Source of the DNA: Escherichia phage vB_EcoM_SQ17 | Direction: 5' to 3' (one strand) | Sequence record: MW882907 | DNA length: 64,000 nucleotides | Part shown: piece by piece, positions 61,449 to 64,000 of the stretch | Numbering within the stretch: the stretch's first letter is position 1 | Layout: the number at the start of each line of letters is the position of its first letter | Position numbers and translations under genes: made by a program | Notes under the pieces: model-generated | Database searches by the model: none | What the model saw: the letters and a program-made list of their open reading frames with translations, nothing else | Told to the model about the DNA's origin: nothing

Positions 61449-61649
61449 TTATTCGGCTATATCAGAACGTTCAAAAAGCTCTTCAACAGTTAAACATTCA
61501 GTGTCATCTTCAATAAAGAATCGAGTCCAACACGTTGGGGCGATACAGTTATGAGTTTGTCCGGCGATAGAAGCTACACGAATAAGCTGCTGACCATTAT
61601 TCAGAACAAATTTTTCACCAATTTCAACATCTTTAAAAAGCTTAGCCAT
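61449..61649 (-). CDS. Hypothetical small protein
   Basis: 66-aa ORF with a consensus early promoter upstream. Confidence 0.4.
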   Translation of the reverse strand: MAKLFKDVEIGEKFVLNNGQQLIRVASIAGQTHNCIAPTCWTRFFIEDDTECLTVEELFERSDIAE

Positions 61650-61899
61650 TTTGTGTTCCTCATGTTTCAGTAGGACTACTATACCATAATCCTACCTTGA
61701 TGTAAACAATTAAATTACATTAAAATATGTTAAAGCCAACCATGTTCCAGTGAACGAACATGCGATGTAAAAACCAGTATCACAAATTGTTCTTAGTACA
61801 ATAAGAAGTGCATTTTTCATAAGTACCTCAACACAATTGAAAATATTATACAAATCATTGGGATACTAAGCAACCATATTCCGATCCACATTTTAGAGC

Positions 61900-62163
61900 T
61901 CATATCTCAACTTCCGCGAGTTCCATATATCCTTTGTTGATAACCTCTTTAAGGTCTTTAGAAAGAATAACACCAAAATGGTCGTTCATATGTCCATTAA
62001 CCAGACGAGTTATTTCGGCTTCAGATGACATATAAGGCACGTCTGAGTCCCAATGAGATAGACCCAAATGAGTATAAATCATCCCTTCGTCATCCGCAGT
62101 GTTGTACATTGAAACAAATTCGCCTGTTACTTTATGTTTTGCGTAGAAAAATTTAAATTTCAT
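61900..62163 (-). CDS. Hypothetical small protein
   Basis: 87-aa ORF with a consensus early promoter upstream. Confidence 0.4.
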   Translation of the reverse strand: MKFKFFYAKHKVTGEFVSMYNTADDEGMIYTHLGLSHWDSDVPYMSSEAEITRLVNGHMNDHFGVILSKDLKEVINKGYMELAEVEI

Positions 62164-62231
62164 GATGTTATCCTCTTTTAGATAGGACTACTATATCATA
62201 GTCCTACTTAGTTGTAAACACTTTTATGAAA

Positions 62232-62789
62232 TTAAAGATGAAGATACCACCCGTTGTAGTTGCTCTTGCGGACGATTTTCTTTAGGTCTTCATGGTCTCC
62301 CACGAACTTTATAGAATAAGAGAAGACGTCAGGTGAGGTTTCTTTGACATCTAATATAATAATGCAATCTGCGACTCGATGGTTCAAGAAGGGCCCTATA
62401 TTGATTCCATTACCACCCGGATAATCACCACTGTATCCTGTGGTAACCGAAATCCATTTAGAATCTATCTGGTGTGTCTTGACTTCTACACGAATTCCAC
62501 AATACTTGGGATGGGCTAACACGTCCCATGCATACGTGTACGGGTCTTCTACGTCTTCAATACCTTTATTAACATATCCGTCTAGCCAATTTGCTACTAC
62601 ATACTCTGCAAAGACCGCAACCTTACAACGTCGAACTACGTCTTCTTTTATTTGACCTGGATCTTGTTTCAACGAGTACCGAGCAGTGTCAGCAATCTTC
62701 ACCTTCATTTCACTAGTCAAAAACTCATTCGACAGGATAAATGTCGGAAGATTCTTCAGTCTCAACAGTCCCAAGTTCGTCTTTACCAT
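62232..62789 (-). CDS. Hypothetical 185-aa protein, possibly endonuclease IV (DenB)-like by position and size
   Basis: ORF-track ORF trimmed to the ATG with a GAGGT ribosome-binding site; 185 aa matches the T4 DenB length. Confidence 0.4.
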   Translation of the reverse strand: MVKTNLGLLRLKNLPTFILSNEFLTSEMKVKIADTARYSLKQDPGQIKEDVVRRCKVAVFAEYVVANWLDGYVNKGIEDVEDPYTYAWDVLAHPKYCGIRVEVKTHQIDSKWISVTTGYSGDYPGGNGINIGPFLNHRVADCIIILDVKETSPDVFSYSIKFVGDHEDLKKIVRKSNYNGWYLHL

Positions 62790-63012
62790 AGATACCTCTG
62801 ATGTGTAGTTCGCCAAAATAAATGCGGTCACCTTCTTCAAGATATTCTGCATCTACAGGTGGAATTTCAATAACAACTTCGTCACATTCTAACCATCCGT
62901 AGTGTGCATCGCCCGGATGTTTTACCAATTTAGCACAATAAACTGATTTACACTTATGATGACCACGAAGATTAGCAATTTTGGATTCTGATACGTCAAA
63001 TGGATGAATCAT
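62725..63012 (-). CDS. Hypothetical protein, about 95 aa, downstream of rIIB
   Basis: ORF trimmed to an internal ATG located after the rIIB terminator. Confidence 0.4.
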   Translation of the reverse strand: MIHPFDVSESKIANLRGHHKCKSVYCAKLVKHPGDAHYGWLECDEVVIEIPPVDAEYLEEGDRIYFGELHIRGIYGKDELGTVETEESSDIYPVE

Positions 63013-63032
63013 AATTACCCCTAAAGAAAAAA

Positions 63033-63048
63033 AAGGGGACCGAAGTCC
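63033..63048 (-). terminator. Hairpin terminator ggggac-cgaa-gtcccc downstream of rIIB
   Basis: GC stem with tetraloop followed on the minus strand by a T8 run. Confidence 0.7.
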
Positions 63049-63055
63049 CCAATTA

Positions 63056-63991
63056 TTATTCTGCAAATAATTCAGTAACGTCTGAAATTACTTCATAACG
63101 ACAAGTACGCATCTTAGCATCACCATAGTCAACTGGGATAGATACAACATCACGTGGATGAACTTTAACCTTAACAACTTTATCTGAGCTAGAACCAAAG
63201 TAACGAATATATGATTTAGCACAAACATGTAGACCACGGGAACAAGTTTGTGTATCATCATCGTTAACACGAGTACGAGGCATTGAAACAACTTTACCAG
63301 GCGAGTTATCAAATGTGCCACTATAACAGTCTAAATAGTCCTTACGAACTACTTTCCACGCATAGAAATGTCCGTCTTCAGTGATTTCAATATCGTTTGC
63401 AACCAAGAAGTCGAATAAACGTTGTACAGCTTTTTCGCTTGGGTTTTCTAACAGGTTTTCAAGGAACGGCAGATAGAATTTAAAGTCTTCGCCTTTTTCC
63501 ATGGAATCAATAATACGATTAACAAGCCCTGAACGAATCTCTATACCTTGATAAAATAAACTACCACCTTCAATAGTAACATTACCATCAACAAACTTAG
63601 TAATAGCTTTCTTGATGTTAATAAGTTCAACAGCTTTACTAAGGTTTCCTGCGACCAAATTAGCTTTAATTTCTTCAAAATTTGCATGACTTGATGGGGT
63701 CGCATTGTATGCTACGCGTCCTTCAATGATTGAAATAAATTTAGATGACGCGTTCCATACGATTTCTGGACGATGACCTGTAATAATAGGTTCATTATTT
63801 TCTGGGACCTGTTCTTCGTCTTCAAATTCAGCTGCTTTCTCTTCAGCTTTAAAATTCTTAACAATCTTACGAAGAGTATCTGTTGAAATGTCGAAGTAAT
63901 CGGCAATTTCTTTACGAGTCCATTTGCCTGATTTGACCAGGTCGTAAGCTTCTAACTGTTCTTCTTGGGACAAGCATTTGATATTGTACAT
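63056..63991 (-). CDS. rIIB: rIIB membrane-associated protein
   Basis: 311 aa; N-terminus MYNIKCLSQEEQ and C-terminal RLFDFLVANDIEITEDG...SRGLHVC match my recollection of T4 rIIB. Confidence 0.9.
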   Translation of the reverse strand: MYNIKCLSQEEQLEAYDLVKSGKWTRKEIADYFDISTDTLRKIVKNFKAEEKAAEFEDEEQVPENNEPIITGHRPEIVWNASSKFISIIEGRVAYNATPSSHANFEEIKANLVAGNLSKAVELINIKKAITKFVDGNVTIEGGSLFYQGIEIRSGLVNRIIDSMEKGEDFKFYLPFLENLLENPSEKAVQRLFDFLVANDIEITEDGHFYAWKVVRKDYLDCYSGTFDNSPGKVVSMPRTRVNDDDTQTCSRGLHVCAKSYIRYFGSSSDKVVKVKVHPRDVVSIPVDYGDAKMRTCRYEVISDVTELFAE

Positions 63992-64000
63992 AATGTTTCC

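Overview
This window is a T-even (T4-like, Tequatrovirus-type) myovirus genome segment, AT-rich, running in conserved T4 order from the 3' end of portal gene 20 to rIIB. The plus strand carries late structural genes: prohead core and capsid genes 67-68-21-22-23-24, baseplate genes 51-27-28-29-48-54, and tail-fibre genes 34-35-36-37-38 plus holin t, several preceded by TATAAATA late-promoter motifs. The minus strand carries early and middle genes (rnlB, hoc, inh, uvsY, 25, 26, alt, DNA ligase 30, rIII, 31, cd, pseT, spanins, alc, rnlA, denA, nrdB, nrdA, an intron-split td, frd, 32, 59, 33, dsbA, rnh, asiA, motA, 52, ndd, rIIB) and many small ORFs, fed by T4 early-type promoters (GTTTAC, 17-18 nt, TATAAT-like) and punctuated by GC hairpins with UUCG/CGAA loops. 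Differences from my recollection of canonical T4: no segD or segE homing endonuclease genes, an uninterrupted nrdB, a T2-type glycine-rich gp38 adhesin with a gp37 C-terminal auto-chaperone module, and a complete class-I DAHP synthase gene next to cd. I found no rRNA, tRNA or CRISPR array. Calls rest on reading the ORF translations and motifs by eye; no searches were run, and coordinates of features not in the ORF track are approximate.
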